Positions 12,901 to 25,243 of a DNA stretch of 64,000 nucleotides are shown here, in pieces. Location of the stretch: assembly GCA_964016885.1 (NCBI GenBank), contig OZ024741.1, positions 199,950,001 to 200,014,000 on the forward strand, written 5' to 3'. Source of the stretch: Eledone cirrhosa (Eukaryota). The translations under genes and the position numbers were made by a program. Position 1 is the stretch's first letter. The number at the start of each line of letters is the position of its first letter. The notes below the pieces were generated by a model. It did not search any database, was not told where the DNA came from, and saw only the letters and a program-made list of their open reading frames with translations.

Positions 12901-13400
12901 AACATTGATTGCCAGCTAAATTATTTATAGAAATATAAAGATATACTGAAAACCAAACCAAACAGTGAGTGTGTTTTCTGGTAATATTAGAACATGACCC
13001 TCCCCAAATATTACAATATTCTTTTTGCCATTAATCTAAAACTATTGATAGTGAAATTATCAGTAGAAACAAGTAGTTATAAAAAACGACAATATTTTTC
13101 AAAAAGTTAATATGAATAAAGTTGAGATTAAGGTTTTGGGTTAGGCAGGCTATTTGTGAATTTGGCTATTTTTCTATTTTAAATATCACTAATAATTTTG
13201 TTGTTGAAAAGAGGAAATCATCTCTGATAAAGCAAAGTATACGGTTTATATTTGATGACGAACCATTAAGATAAACATCCCATACATGGAACTGATAACA
13301 GAGGAAACTAACATTAATGGATAAATCAACAGAAATTAACTTGAATCAGTTACTCTGGCTTTTCAGAGAAAACATTAACATGAAATTTGATTACTTCCAG

Positions 13401-13481
13401 TTTCAACAGATGTGCAAAATATTAATAAAAGTGATCTGAAAACCCGTCTTCGTTTGCGAGCAATCCGAGGAAGCAAAAATG
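13401..13481 (+). CDS. Rel: Rel/NF-kB exon after the NLS
   Basis: ttccag|TT TCA..AAT G|gtaag; (F)STDVQNINKSDLKTRLRLRAIRGSKN; open frame and phase 1/1 compatible with both neighbours. Confidence 0.75.
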
Positions 13482-13663
13482 GTAAGTATTACAATTTCCC
13501 GAACTTAATAAAATAGGAGTATTGAATTAAAATGTTGAAGAGAAGGAATTTTTTGTTACATTATTTTCTTTTACTTTATATATTCTGAACATTATTGGTG
13601 CTATTCTCATCATTTGAAGAACTGTTTAGTGGTGCTATGACTTTGTTACACTTGATGTGCAAT

Positions 13664-13896
13664 TTAACCCTTTCATTACCATATTTCTAATGAAATTCAC
13701 TGTATTTTAATTAATTAATGAAGAGTTTTACTGGGTTTACTAAAATTATTAATTATTTGTAATATAACTCAACAAAGGGTTTTAATATAAAATAATGTTG
13801 GAAGGTTTTAATTTAAATAAGAACCCTTTACGATAGATGGTATTTGTTACATACAACTAGAGGCTGGTTTGTACCAGTTGATACTGAAAAGATTAA
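13664..13896. mobile_element. TTAA-flanked MITE (piggyBac-like ends); related copies at 31357-31596, ~8790-8894 and ~25060-25213
   Basis: ttaa|ccctttcattaccatatttctaa ... gatactgaaaaga|ttaa; identical 5' end at 31357. Confidence 0.6.
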
Positions 13897-13943
13897 GATG
13901 AAATTTTTGTGGTCTTCTCATCCTCCATTATTTATCTACCAGA

Positions 13944-14130
13944 GGCGGTGGATTGGCAGTATCGGTAGAGGGTCGGACGCCATGCTTTGAAGCATAGAGT
14001 TACCTCCCTTTATGATCTGAGTTCAAATCCCGCCGAGGTTAACTTTGCCTTTCATCCTTACCGGGTCGATAAAATAAAGTACCAGTAATACACTGGGATA
14101 ATTGCTGGCCTTGTGCCAAAAGTAGAAACA
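13944..14130 (+). mobile_element. Full-length SINE (Meta-domain-like) with 17-bp target-site duplication
   Basis: A-box tggcagtatcggta, B-box gagttcaaatcc, family core; TSD attatttatctaccaga at 13927-13943 and 14131-14147. Confidence 0.9.
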
Positions 14131-14319
14131 ATTATTTATCTACCAGAAAATTTTGTTAGAAGTTGGAAATATTTGTTTCTCTTTAAAAGTTTTCAATTTT
14201 AAAATGATTTTTAATATGTTGACAAAATGAGGATTAGAAAAGAATGGAGAAATTTTAGATTATATAATAACTTTCATACATACATTTCCGGGATTATTCA
14301 TTACTAAAATGATTTCTAC

Positions 14320-14490
14320 TTTAGGTACAAGGCCAGTAATATGTCGGCTGTTGTACCTAACTGGTACTTTATTTTATCGACCACGAAAGGATGAAAAGTG
14401 ATGTTGAACAAAGAACATAAAGGGCCATAACTAAATGCTACAAAACATTTTGTCCAATGTTCTAACAATTCTGCCAATTTACTACCTTAC
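14320..14490 (-). mobile_element. Diverged SINE copy
   Basis: ggtacaaggccag..ctggtactttattttatcgaccacgaaaggatgaaa, reverse complement of the family core. Confidence 0.65.
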
Positions 14491-14626
14491 CATTTAGCGA
14501 TAATATTAGTAATGAAATATGAATATTAAGAATGCTTAAAGAAATATTTTGAATTTTTTGAGGATTATTTTTTAGTATTAAATGTTTACTGCTGGTTTTA
14601 TTTTTGTTTTTGATTTTCTCCTTTAG

Positions 14627-14946
14627 CTGGACTTCCTACTTCTTATAACTTTGAACCAAAAGTTGAAGAAGCCACCAACTTGAATTGCATGGTGCTACCC
14701 AATCCTGGATTAGCATTTGAAATGCCATCAGTTCCACCCAATGATTTCTTCGACCAACATTTTGATGATTCTAATACTATATTGAGAGCTATTGAGTTAA
14801 CTCAAGCTGATGATATTGGAATGTTATCAGAAGAAACTTTCACAAAATACCTGTCAGATTTTAGTACAACTTCTTCATTCATTAATATACCAGAAACAAG
14901 TGGCTATTCTCTAGAAACCTTACAAAATAATTTATGTCCAGACTAA
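14627..14946 (+). CDS. Rel: Rel/NF-kB terminal coding exon (acidic/Pro/Ser-rich putative transactivation domain)
   Basis: Long pyrimidine tract + ctttag|CT GGA..; (A)GLPTSYNFEPKVEEATNLNCMVLPNP...LQNNLCPD* in frame with ORF 14680..14946, stop TAA 14944-14946. Confidence 0.8.
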
Positions 14947-15304
14947 ATTAGGTGCTGATACTTTAAGCAATACTTTGCAAAGTATTGTACAAAATGACTG
15001 TAAGACTTGATGCCATTTACAATATTATCATGACATTTATAGAAAATATATATTTTTGTTATCTGTTATCTATATTTTCTTAAGTTCATCATCAATGAAG
15101 AAGAATGTTGTTTTTTACAAAATGTATTCGCCATGGTGATGTTTTCTGTGGCTACTGTCATAAATGAGTATGAACTTTTTCAAGATTCTCCCTGGAAACA
15201 CATCTTTATCATTACTCTTCTCTTTCATTTTTTTTCTTCTTTTTTATGAGGATTTTTAGTAAATTAATTTTGTTTCTATTATTGAAGTTGATTTTATGGT
15301 TTTG

Positions 15305-15653
15305 ACTTCTGATTAAAAATGGTGAATCGTTTGTATGTATAATGGACCCATAACCCCTGATGGAATTGTAAGGGTGCCATAGTAGCATACAGCATGTTTT
15401 CGGCATTTTAAACCTGGCTGGAATATCCACTCTCTAGGTCTGAACACAGCTGATTTCTTCCAGAGAAGGAGAGAGAGTGATAGAAAGGAATTGAGAAAGA
15501 GATATAGAAGAAGAATTGACTTCAGTACTGGACTGCTATGTTTTTTTATCAAGTTGACTTTAACAGGATTTGAACTCAGAGAGCAGAGTGCTGAAAAGAA
15601 TACTGCTAAGCATTCTATTTGACATTCTAATGACTCTGTCAATTCGCTGCCTC
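15305..15653 (-). mobile_element. Older SINE subfamily with extended 3' tail (related copy 17815-18088)
   Basis: Minus-strand head gagtcattagaatg..gagttcaaatcc and a tail (ctctggaag..gacctagagag..ggtttaaa..catacaaac) shared with 17815-17940. Confidence 0.6.
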
Positions 15654-17279
15654 AAATATAATCCTTTCTATGGTAATTAACCAATGATGATATGTTAGTA
15701 AAATCCTTTTTACTTATAGAAATTATTTGATAAAAAAAATTGTTACACCTTCATTTTGAGTAGAAAAAGATGTCATAGCACCCTTCATTTAGACTTGCTC
15801 AAAAATATTTAACTGAAATGATTTTTTTTCTTTATCTAACTTTTATAAAATTTATAAAGAGTAGAGTCGTTAGTCTAACAAGCAAATTACTTGTTCACTG
15901 TATAGTAAAAAGATAGTGTCTCTGTTACTTGGGAAAAATAAATATCACGGTATTTTTGTTTGAATGCAGCAACTTTATTGATTTTCTTAGATATGCATCT
16001 GAATCTTTTGAGCAGCTTTTTTGTTATGTCTATCCCATCTTTTTTTTATGGGATATGCTTTGTTTAGAACTGAATAGGTTTGTTGTCCTTGTTTTAAAGA
16101 TGGTAAAAAGGTTATGCCTTTTGACAGATACATAGTTTGACAGAATTATAGATCCAGCACACTAGATATTCTACATTTCATTATATTTCTGGAACATTTG
16201 GTGGTCAAATCAGGCTGCACAACCAAATACTGACTGCATCTACTTTCTACTCCTACCTATATCTGGAAGCATGTATAATTACTGCAGCAAAGATGGATAT
16301 TTTGTGTAGTCTAGCAGTTGGCTGTCCAATGCAGTATTTGTTACTAGTGAGACACTAGAAACTACTTTCACTTGTGAAATACCTTTCTTTCTGCTTAACC
16401 TGTCTTTCCTCATTTTCTAATCCTGGATGCATTTATGAAACAGGAAATTGGTTACCAACATTGGTTAACTGATTAGTGTAATTGATTTTATACTGAAAAA
16501 TATTTTGATGAATATTTAATAAGTCAGTCTCAGTTTATATAAATATGGAAAATAGGACAAAGATAATTTGATGAAAATTTAAATCCTAGGAAGAGCAGAA
16601 GTAATCTAATAAAAAAAGAAAGAATTGAGAATAATTTCAAGAGAAGAGATGATGTTTTGACAAAAAGAAAAATAGATTTAAAAATGATGATATTGTTATT
16701 CATGATTTTATTGAAATTGTATATAACTTTTTTTATATGTTTGTTCAGAGTCTTAGAGATTAGAAAACATGTGAAATAAAGACATTCCTGAACCCTCTTC
16801 TCATCTTTCTTTCCCTTCTCATTTTTCTCTATTTACTTCATTCTTTTTTCTTTGCCTCCTTTCTCCGTCCTAACTTTTTAATGTTTTAACTCATTTCAAG
16901 ATGCATGTAATTTTTCTATACAAATGACTGTTTTTACTCACACAATTCATATTAAAATTTCCACTTGAAAAGCTTTGGCAAAAAGTAAAATCCATTATTT
17001 GTTACCTTTCATTATTGTTACAGTCATTATTGATGTTTTTGATATTGTTTCATATTCCTGTTTTCTTATATGTGTATCCAAAATGTAGCAGGTAATTGTA
17101 GCCAGACTGGCTAAATTACTCATATGTGCACCTATAACACTGATTGACATTCATCCAGTATTTTGTAAAGTGATTGAAGGTAAGTGTAAATCTATGTGCG
17201 TATATGTATATGTTTGATAATTCTCAAATTGATCCTGATTCATAAGTCTCTATTTGTATAAGGAAAACATCTGTTTTGT

Positions 17280-17640
17280 CTTTGTCTATTGAATTTGGAG
17301 TAACGTTACTTGATAGTGTGCAGCTTGAGATAAGAAAGTCGCTCCAGTTAGAGTTGCTACATCTCCAAATTGAGAGATCACAGCTCCGATACTACAGGCA
17401 TGTGTTTAGAATGTCTCAAGAAAGAACTGCTGGACAGATTTTACAAGCAAAACCAACTGGCAGGAGACCTAGGAATAGACTGAGCAAGATGGTTGCATAA
17501 CATCCATGAGCTAGGCTGGTCTTGCTTGGGGATCCAGCCGAATCAATTGGAGATGGTTGCATTTGATATGACTCACTAAAAGGTATGCTTGAGGACTCTG
17601 CTTCCATGACTCTCCCAGTAATAAGTGGGTGAAGAAGAAA
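17280..17640 (+). mobile_element. 3' fragment of an RTE-clade LINE
   Basis: IERSQLRYYRHVFRMSQERTAGQILQAKPTGRRPR followed by a (GAA)n-like end. Confidence 0.7.
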
Positions 17641-18093
17641 TGTTATTCTATATAGCAAGATGTACATTGATGGAAATACTGCCAGCTGCTGCTATGAGCT
17701 ATGTATCAAAGATTACAATTCACTTCATACTAAGATGATTGTACAAGTTAAAGGTAAATGTGGATAATTTTTTTGATTTTCTGCTGATAACATCATTTAG
17801 GATATGAGTTGTTGGTAAATGTATGTATGGAGTTATAGGAGTGTTGTATACAGTCTGCATCGAGCACTTTAAACCCGGCAGAGCCCATCCTCTCTCCAGG
17901 TCGAAATGCAGCCAATATCTTCCAGAGAAGATAGAAAGATATTGGATTGGTGTTTTTTTTATCAACCCCAAAAGGATGAAAGGCAGAGTTTACCTCGGCA
18001 GGATTTGAACATGGAGAGTACAGGGAGCTGGAACAAATACCGTAAACCATTCTATCCAATGTTCTAATGACTCAACCAATTTGCCACAGAAGA

Positions 18094-18211
18094 TACAGCA
18101 CCTAGGTTTCGCAAGTAGTCACCCATCTAAGTAAGTACTAACTAGGTTCAATGTTGCTTAACTTCAGTGATTGGACTGAAAACAGTATTTTCAATGTGTT
18201 ATGGTGTTGGT
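18094..18211 (-). pseudogene. 5S rRNA pseudogene (or 5S-derived SINE head)
   Basis: Reverse complement ccaacaccataacacattgaaaatac..gtccaatcactgaagttaagcaac..gttagtactt..gatgggtgac..ggtgctgta follows the metazoan 5S consensus over ~118 nt, with substitutions and a 4-nt duplication. Confidence 0.8.
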
Positions 18212-18424
18212 AAATACTCACTATATATTATTTATGGGATTCTCTTCTGAAATTTTTCAGAAGAAATCTAGAAATGTAACAGCAGGTTAAAGTAAGTTTA
18301 CACTTGTTGTTGAATGCTGCATGAGAATGAGGTAACTGTGAGCAATTTCTGAATTGTATTGCCATGTACTTTCCTTCATCTTGCTGTTTGCAAGTGAATT
18401 TTAAGAATGCTTATTATTATCTAT

Positions 18425-18700
18425 GAGGTTAACTTTGCCTTTCATCCTTATGGGGTCGATAAAATAAAGTACCAGTCATGCACTGGGGTCGATTTAATCG
18501 ACTTTCTCCTCCCCCAAAATTGCTGGCCTTGTGCCTATAGTAGAAATCATTATTTATGAGGTAACAAATTGACAGTCGTTAGAGCATCAAATTAAGAAGG
18601 CTTTGGTATTTGTTCTTGCTCACTGTGTTCTGAGTTAAAATATCACCAAGGTCAACTTTATTTTTCAACCTTTTGGGGCTGCAATTCAATACTGGGGTTG
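18425..18700 (+). mobile_element. Two adjacent SINE fragments (Meta-domain-like)
   Basis: gaggttaactttgcctttcatccttatggggtcgataaaataaagtaccag at 18425; older diverged copy from ~18570. Confidence 0.7.
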
Positions 18701-19997
18701 ATTCTTTCTCTGCCTCCTTCTCTGGAAAATATTCACTGTGTTTTGACCTTAGGTCTAAAATGCCTAAGACACTATTTGTATCAGGATGGCACCTCTACAA
18801 ATCCACCTGGAGTTAGGGGCTCTTTACTACTTGTTATTATTAAAATATCGGTACATACTCTTGTGTGGGTGTTCTGCAAGCCCTATGTGAATGGCCAAGG
18901 TATTTTGAATGGTCATGTCAATTTGTCAATGCATTCTTACAAGGACTTTTTATAGGAAAAGAGGGGTGTACTCTATACATTTCCAGTTGCATCTTTGGCA
19001 TTTTCTTCTGAGTCTGTTGTGGATCCCAATGACAGGAGATTCTAACAATGTTATTGTATCTATGAACCTTTCTCATTCTGTCTTTCTTCTTCATTGACTA
19101 TCATCATTGTCCTTTTTATTATTGTTATTTTTTTAACTATATGTATCTTCACCTTCATAGAGTGATAAAATAATTAAAGTTAGATTAGATTTGTATGGGT
19201 ATGAATATAGTTTATGTGAAATAATTCTTTAGGATTACTTTAGTAGTGTTTGCTCTGTTGCAAGCACTGACCATGTTCCCATCAGAGGTTATTGTGATCT
19301 TGTGATACACCAACGTTCTCTTCATATAATTAGATGCCAAAAACTAAAACTAAACTCTCTAGACATTTCTCCCTCCTCTTCTCTAACATCTGTTGACCCT
19401 GATCCAACCTAGAACCCACTTATTAGTTCTTATTAACATACACACCACACATCTGATACCTATTTGAAACACCAATCTCTCAATCTTTACCCATATTCCA
19501 TCACTGCTCATCATCATCATCATGCCTCTGTAAATTGATACTTTCTCTCCAGCTATCCCTTTCCAAAGCATTATCTTGTGTCAGCCCTTTTCTTGACAAA
19601 TCTTCTTTTCTGTTATCAGTTTAACATGTTCTGGGACTTCTAAAAGGTATTCTGCCATTTATCTCCATTTTCCAGGTTTGCTTGACATCTCTGCTGTTTA
19701 CTCTAAAATATTGTTTCTGTGCATATATAGATTTGATACAATTTCACCAGGATATGAGTGAGAAATGCTTCCAGTTACTTTGGCTCAAAGTCTCCCTTAA
19801 ACACTCCTTTGAATATATCTGCGTCCTATACTACTCTCAAAATTCCTCCAACCTCTAACAGTTCTTCTATTCTACATCTTATTCCACTCGCAAAACTCCT
19901 CCAAACACCAACGTCTTCTACTACATCTACAACCTATACCACTCTCAAAACACCTCCAACTAGTAATAGTTACTATATCACTCTCACATTTACGCCA

Positions 19998-22690
19998 ACC
20001 ACCAACAGCTACTATATCTACAACCAATACCACTCTCTAACCACCAACAGCTACTATATCTACAACCAATACCACTCTCTAACCACCAACAGCTACTATA
20101 TCTACAACCAATACCACTCTCTAACCACCAACATCTACTATATCTACAACCAATACCACTCTCTAACCACCAACAGCTACTATATCTACAACCAATACCA
20201 CTCTCTAACCACTAACATCTACTATATCTACAACCAATACCACTCTCTAACCAGCAACAACTACTATATCTACAACCAATACCACTCTCTAACCACCAAT
20301 AGCTACTATATTTATAACCAATACCACTCTAACCAGCAACAACTACTATATCTACAACCAATACCACTCTCTAACCACCAACAGCTACTATATCTACAAC
20401 CAATACCACTCTCTAACCACCAACAGCTACTATATCTACAACCAATACCACTCTCTAACCACCAACAGCTACTATATCTACAACCAATACCACTCTCTAA
20501 CCACCAACAGCTACTATATCTACAACCAATACCACTCTCTAACCACCAACAGCTACTATATTTATAACCAAACCACTCTAACCAGCAACAACTGCTATAT
20601 CTACAACCAATACAACCAATACCACTCTCTAACCACCAACAGCTACTATATCTATAACCAATACCACTCTCTAACCACCAACAGCTACTATATTTATAAC
20701 CAAACCACTCTAACCACTAACAGCTACTATATCTACAACCAATACCACTCTAACCACCAACAGCTACTATATCTACAACCAATACCACTCTCTAACCATC
20801 AACAGCTACTATATCTACAACCAATACCACTCTCTAACCATCAACAGCTACTATATCTACAACCAATACCACTCTCTAACCATCAACATCTACTATATCT
20901 ATAACCAATACCACTCTCTAACCACCAACAGCTACTATATCCACAACCAATACCACTCTCTAACCATCAACAGCTACTATATCTACAACCAATACCACTC
21001 TCTAACCATCAACAGCTACTATATCTATAACCAATACCACTCTCTAACCACCAACAGCTACTATATCCACAACCAATACCACTCTCTAACCACCATCTAC
21101 TATATCTACAACCAATACCACTCTCTAACCACCAACATCTACTATATCTACAACCAATACCACTCTCTAACCACCAACATCTACTATATCTACAACCAAT
21201 ACCACTCTCTAACCACCAACAGCTACTATATCTACAACCAATACCACTCTCTAACCATCAACAGCTACTATATCTACAACCAATACCACTCTCTAACCAC
21301 CAACAGCTACTATATCCACAACCAATACCACTCTCTAACCACCATCTACTATATCTACAACCAATACCACTCTCTAACCACCAACATCTACTATATCTAC
21401 AACCAATACCACTCTCTAACCACCAACATCTACTATATCTACAACCAATACCACTCTGTAACCACCAACAGCTACTATATCTACAACCAATACCACTCTC
21501 TAACCACCAACAGCTACTATATCTACAACCAATACCACTCTCTAACCATCAACAGCTACTATATTTATAACCAAACCACTCTAACCACCAACATCTACTA
21601 TATCTACAACCAATACCACTCTCTAACCACCAACATCTACTATATCTACAACCAATACCACTCTCTAACCATCAACAGCTACTATATCTACAACCAATAC
21701 CACTCTCTAACCATCAACAGCTACTATATCTACAACCAATACCACTCTCTAACCACCAACAGCTACTATATCTACAACCAATACCACTCTAACCACCAAC
21801 ATCTACTATATCTACAACTAATACCACTCTCTAACCACCAACAGCTACTATATCCACAACCAATACCACTCTCTAACCACTAACATCTACTATATCTACA
21901 ACCAATACCACTCTCTAACCACCAACAGCTACTATATCTACAACCAATACCACTCTAACCACCCACAGCTACTATATCTACAACCAATACCACTCTCTAA
22001 CCACCAACAGCTACTATATCTACAACCAATACCACTCTAACCACCAACATCTACTATATCTACAACCAATACCACTCTAACCACCAACATCTACTATATC
22101 TACAACCAATACCACTCTCTAACCACCAACATCTACTATATCTACAACCAATACCACTCTCTAACCACCAACAGCTACTATATCTACAACCAATACCACT
22201 CTCTAACCACTAACATCTACTATATCTACAACCAATACCACTCTAACCACCAACATCTACTATATCTACAACCAATACCACTCTCTAACCATCAACAGCT
22301 ACTATATCTACAACCAATACCACTCTAACCACCAACATCTACTATATCTACAACCAATACCACTCTCTAACCATCAACAGCTACTATATCTACAACCAAT
22401 ACCACTCTCTAGCCACCAACAGCTACTATATCTACAACCAATACCACTCTAACCACCAACATCTACTATATCTACAACCAATACCACTCTCTAACCATCA
22501 ACAGCTACTAAATCTACAACCAATACCACTCTCTAACCATCAACAGCTATTATATCTACAACCAATACCACTCTCTAACCATCAACAGCTACTATATCTA
22601 CAACCAATACCACTCTAACCACCAACATCTACTATATCTACAACCAATACCACTCTCTAACCATCAACAGCTACTATATCTACATCCTAT
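19998..22690 (+). repeat. 39-bp minisatellite, ~70 units, strongly C/A-skewed
   Basis: Unit ctctctaaccaccaacagctactatatctacaaccaatacca with 36-37 bp deletion variants. Confidence 0.97.
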
Positions 22691-25243
22691 ACCACTCTCA
22701 AAACTCCTCCAACCACCATCATCTCAACTATATCCTTTCCTGCATTGACAACATCTTTCTCACTTCACCCACCTCTGAAATTATAATACTTGCTGACAAC
22801 GAGCACCTGCACCATCACCAGCTCCAGATCTAACATCAGCAGCAGCACCACCTACTGCATTTGTTTGTTATTTCCTCTGTCAGGTTCTGCTCCCACTACT
22901 TTTGTCCAAGTCTTCCTTGGCTTTCCTCCACTGCAGCTTCTTTCCACTGGGAACTTCTGGCACCTTTTTACCTAACAATCATCATCCATATGCGTCACAT
23001 CCATAACAGCACAGTTTTCTCTCTTCTACACTACATCTCAATGTTTGTAATTCTAGACTCTCATACTCATCCTATACTGATGCTGCCAATGCAGAAAATG
23101 AATCTTTTGCAATGCTCAACTCTCTACATCAACTAATCTCATCATTTATTTGCTGCTCTGAACCAATATCTTGAAACACTCTAAACACCCTTAATATATT
23201 TCTCACTTCTAAACCCAGTCTCTACCAAACCATCACTGCCTTATCACATTTACCCACCAGACATCCACAGGCTATGTAACGTGACCCCACCTACCAGATC
23301 CTGTGGTATTTCAATTTAACTGGCTGGAATTCCACCAGTTCTATAGTAACTATCCTTGCATCAGTTCAAGCTATGATCATAGCTTGGAGAAAATTCCTCA
23401 CTCTAAAAACTGAACAGCTTTAACTATCATTGTAAATCTTGCAAGACCATTATCTGTAAAACAGCAGATATCTCCATACTTTGCACTGCCTGCAAATGCT
23501 CTCATCTCCCAAAATATAATTATTTCTTTTGAGCTCTTGTTAGGTACAGATGGTATATATATCAAATCAATCAACAAGATCCCATACCTCATCCTCTTAC
23601 CGAGTGGGGTGGAATGTGTCAAATCAGACCAAGGAAACAATGTTTCCATTAGTCTTTTCATTGCTGATATTATCTACCAGTTGCAACTCCTGGTAGAAAG
23701 AGTAACATGAAATAAAGTGTCTTGCTCAAGGACATAACACATTGCCTGGTCCAGAAATCAAACTCACAACCTCTAGGCATGTGCCTTTACAGATGGTGAA
23801 CAAGTTTCTTATTGAATTCACTGCCAATCCTGGTCTGGCTTGCATTACCTTTGGACTTAGTTCTTATATGTCAATTATCTATAATATACTTGTTTAGTCC
23901 CACCAGAACATGAAACCATGTCAAAAGCCTCTTTTCAGAGATGGTTCTTTACTAAATAATTCTCTTGTGGTTTTCTCTCTACAAATGTGGCATCTATCGT
24001 TTTATGCCCCCAATACAAACACAAATTGTACCTTATCTAGTCTTGTATTAAAATTCAAAATATGTTTGTAGTAGTCAATAAGTTTGATTGCTGCAACTTA
24101 TTCAATCTTAAATTGCTTTACAGCAAACAAACTTGCCACCTATGAAGATATTTTCCATTTTATTACTATTGTTGCTGATGTAGACCTTGACTAATGCTAT
24201 TGGATTTGGGGTTTTACTCTTACAGTCCCCTGTGGAGTAGAGCGGGTTCTACAGTCGAGTCAATGACCGACAACCTCAAGTGCTGGTACCATGGTTGGAG
24301 AAAGGAAGGGTATCTAACAGTAGAAAGCTTGCCAAATAAATGGTTGGAAGTACTCTTCAGTTGTGTTAATGGCATGATAACCTCTCTAGTGTTGATCTAT
24401 ACCAGGCATGTTAAACATGCAGCCCACACAAAGGTTTTTACAGCGTGAGCATGTTTTATCTTCGTAATATAAAATAAAAAACTGTGTTGCAATGTGCACA
24501 GTTAGTTGTCGTGTATGGCCCTCAGAGGACCCTCAGTTTGACATGCCTGATCTATACGATAAACAAACTCAGTACACTCTGTTAAGTGCTGCCAAAATAA
24601 TGGTTGTGAGGTCTCTTCGGCTGTGTCAAAGACATAACAATTTCACTCATGCTAATCCCATGATTACACTTAGTAGAGCATGAGAATGTCTGTAAATGAG
24701 ATGTAGTCCACTGGCTCATCTGAGATGTCAGTGGCTCTGCTTGAGTACTGACTTGGTTTGTGAAGATCCATCCAACCCTTGCTATCAGGAAAGACTGGTG
24801 TTAAATCTTGTATTATCTTAGCAATGATGCTCTCAACCACTTCCATGACTTGGTCTATCATTTTGAGGTGTTTTTATTTTATTTTTAATGCATTTCCTTT
24901 GTATTTTAACATTAAAAAAAAAAATGATATTACTACATCTGTCATTAAGGATAATGCCTATGTGCCTGATTGTGTTGTAATAAGCATCAGCTTACAGGTA
25001 TGTCAAATTCTCCCAACTCTTGACACCAAGACCCCCTCAAAACCTGCACAAATTTTATGATGACAAACTTATTGTTTTAAAGTACCCATATTAAAAAAAA
25101 TAATAATATGGACGAATACCTTTGTTAAACTATGTACTAAATTCTAGTTTATTAATATGGTTAGTTATTTTACTAATACCCTTTAGATTGTTAATTATTA
25201 ATGAAAGGGTTAATAAAACTAAGCAGAAAAGTACTTCTGCAAT

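Noticed and set aside
18094-18211. Functional 5S rRNA gene
   Set aside because: Isolated copy with many substitutions, an internal duplication and no T-run terminator; treated as a pseudogene
19758-20567. 269-aa repetitive ORF
   Set aside because: Arises from the 39-bp unit being a multiple of three; frequent 37-bp units break the frame; no splice or domain support
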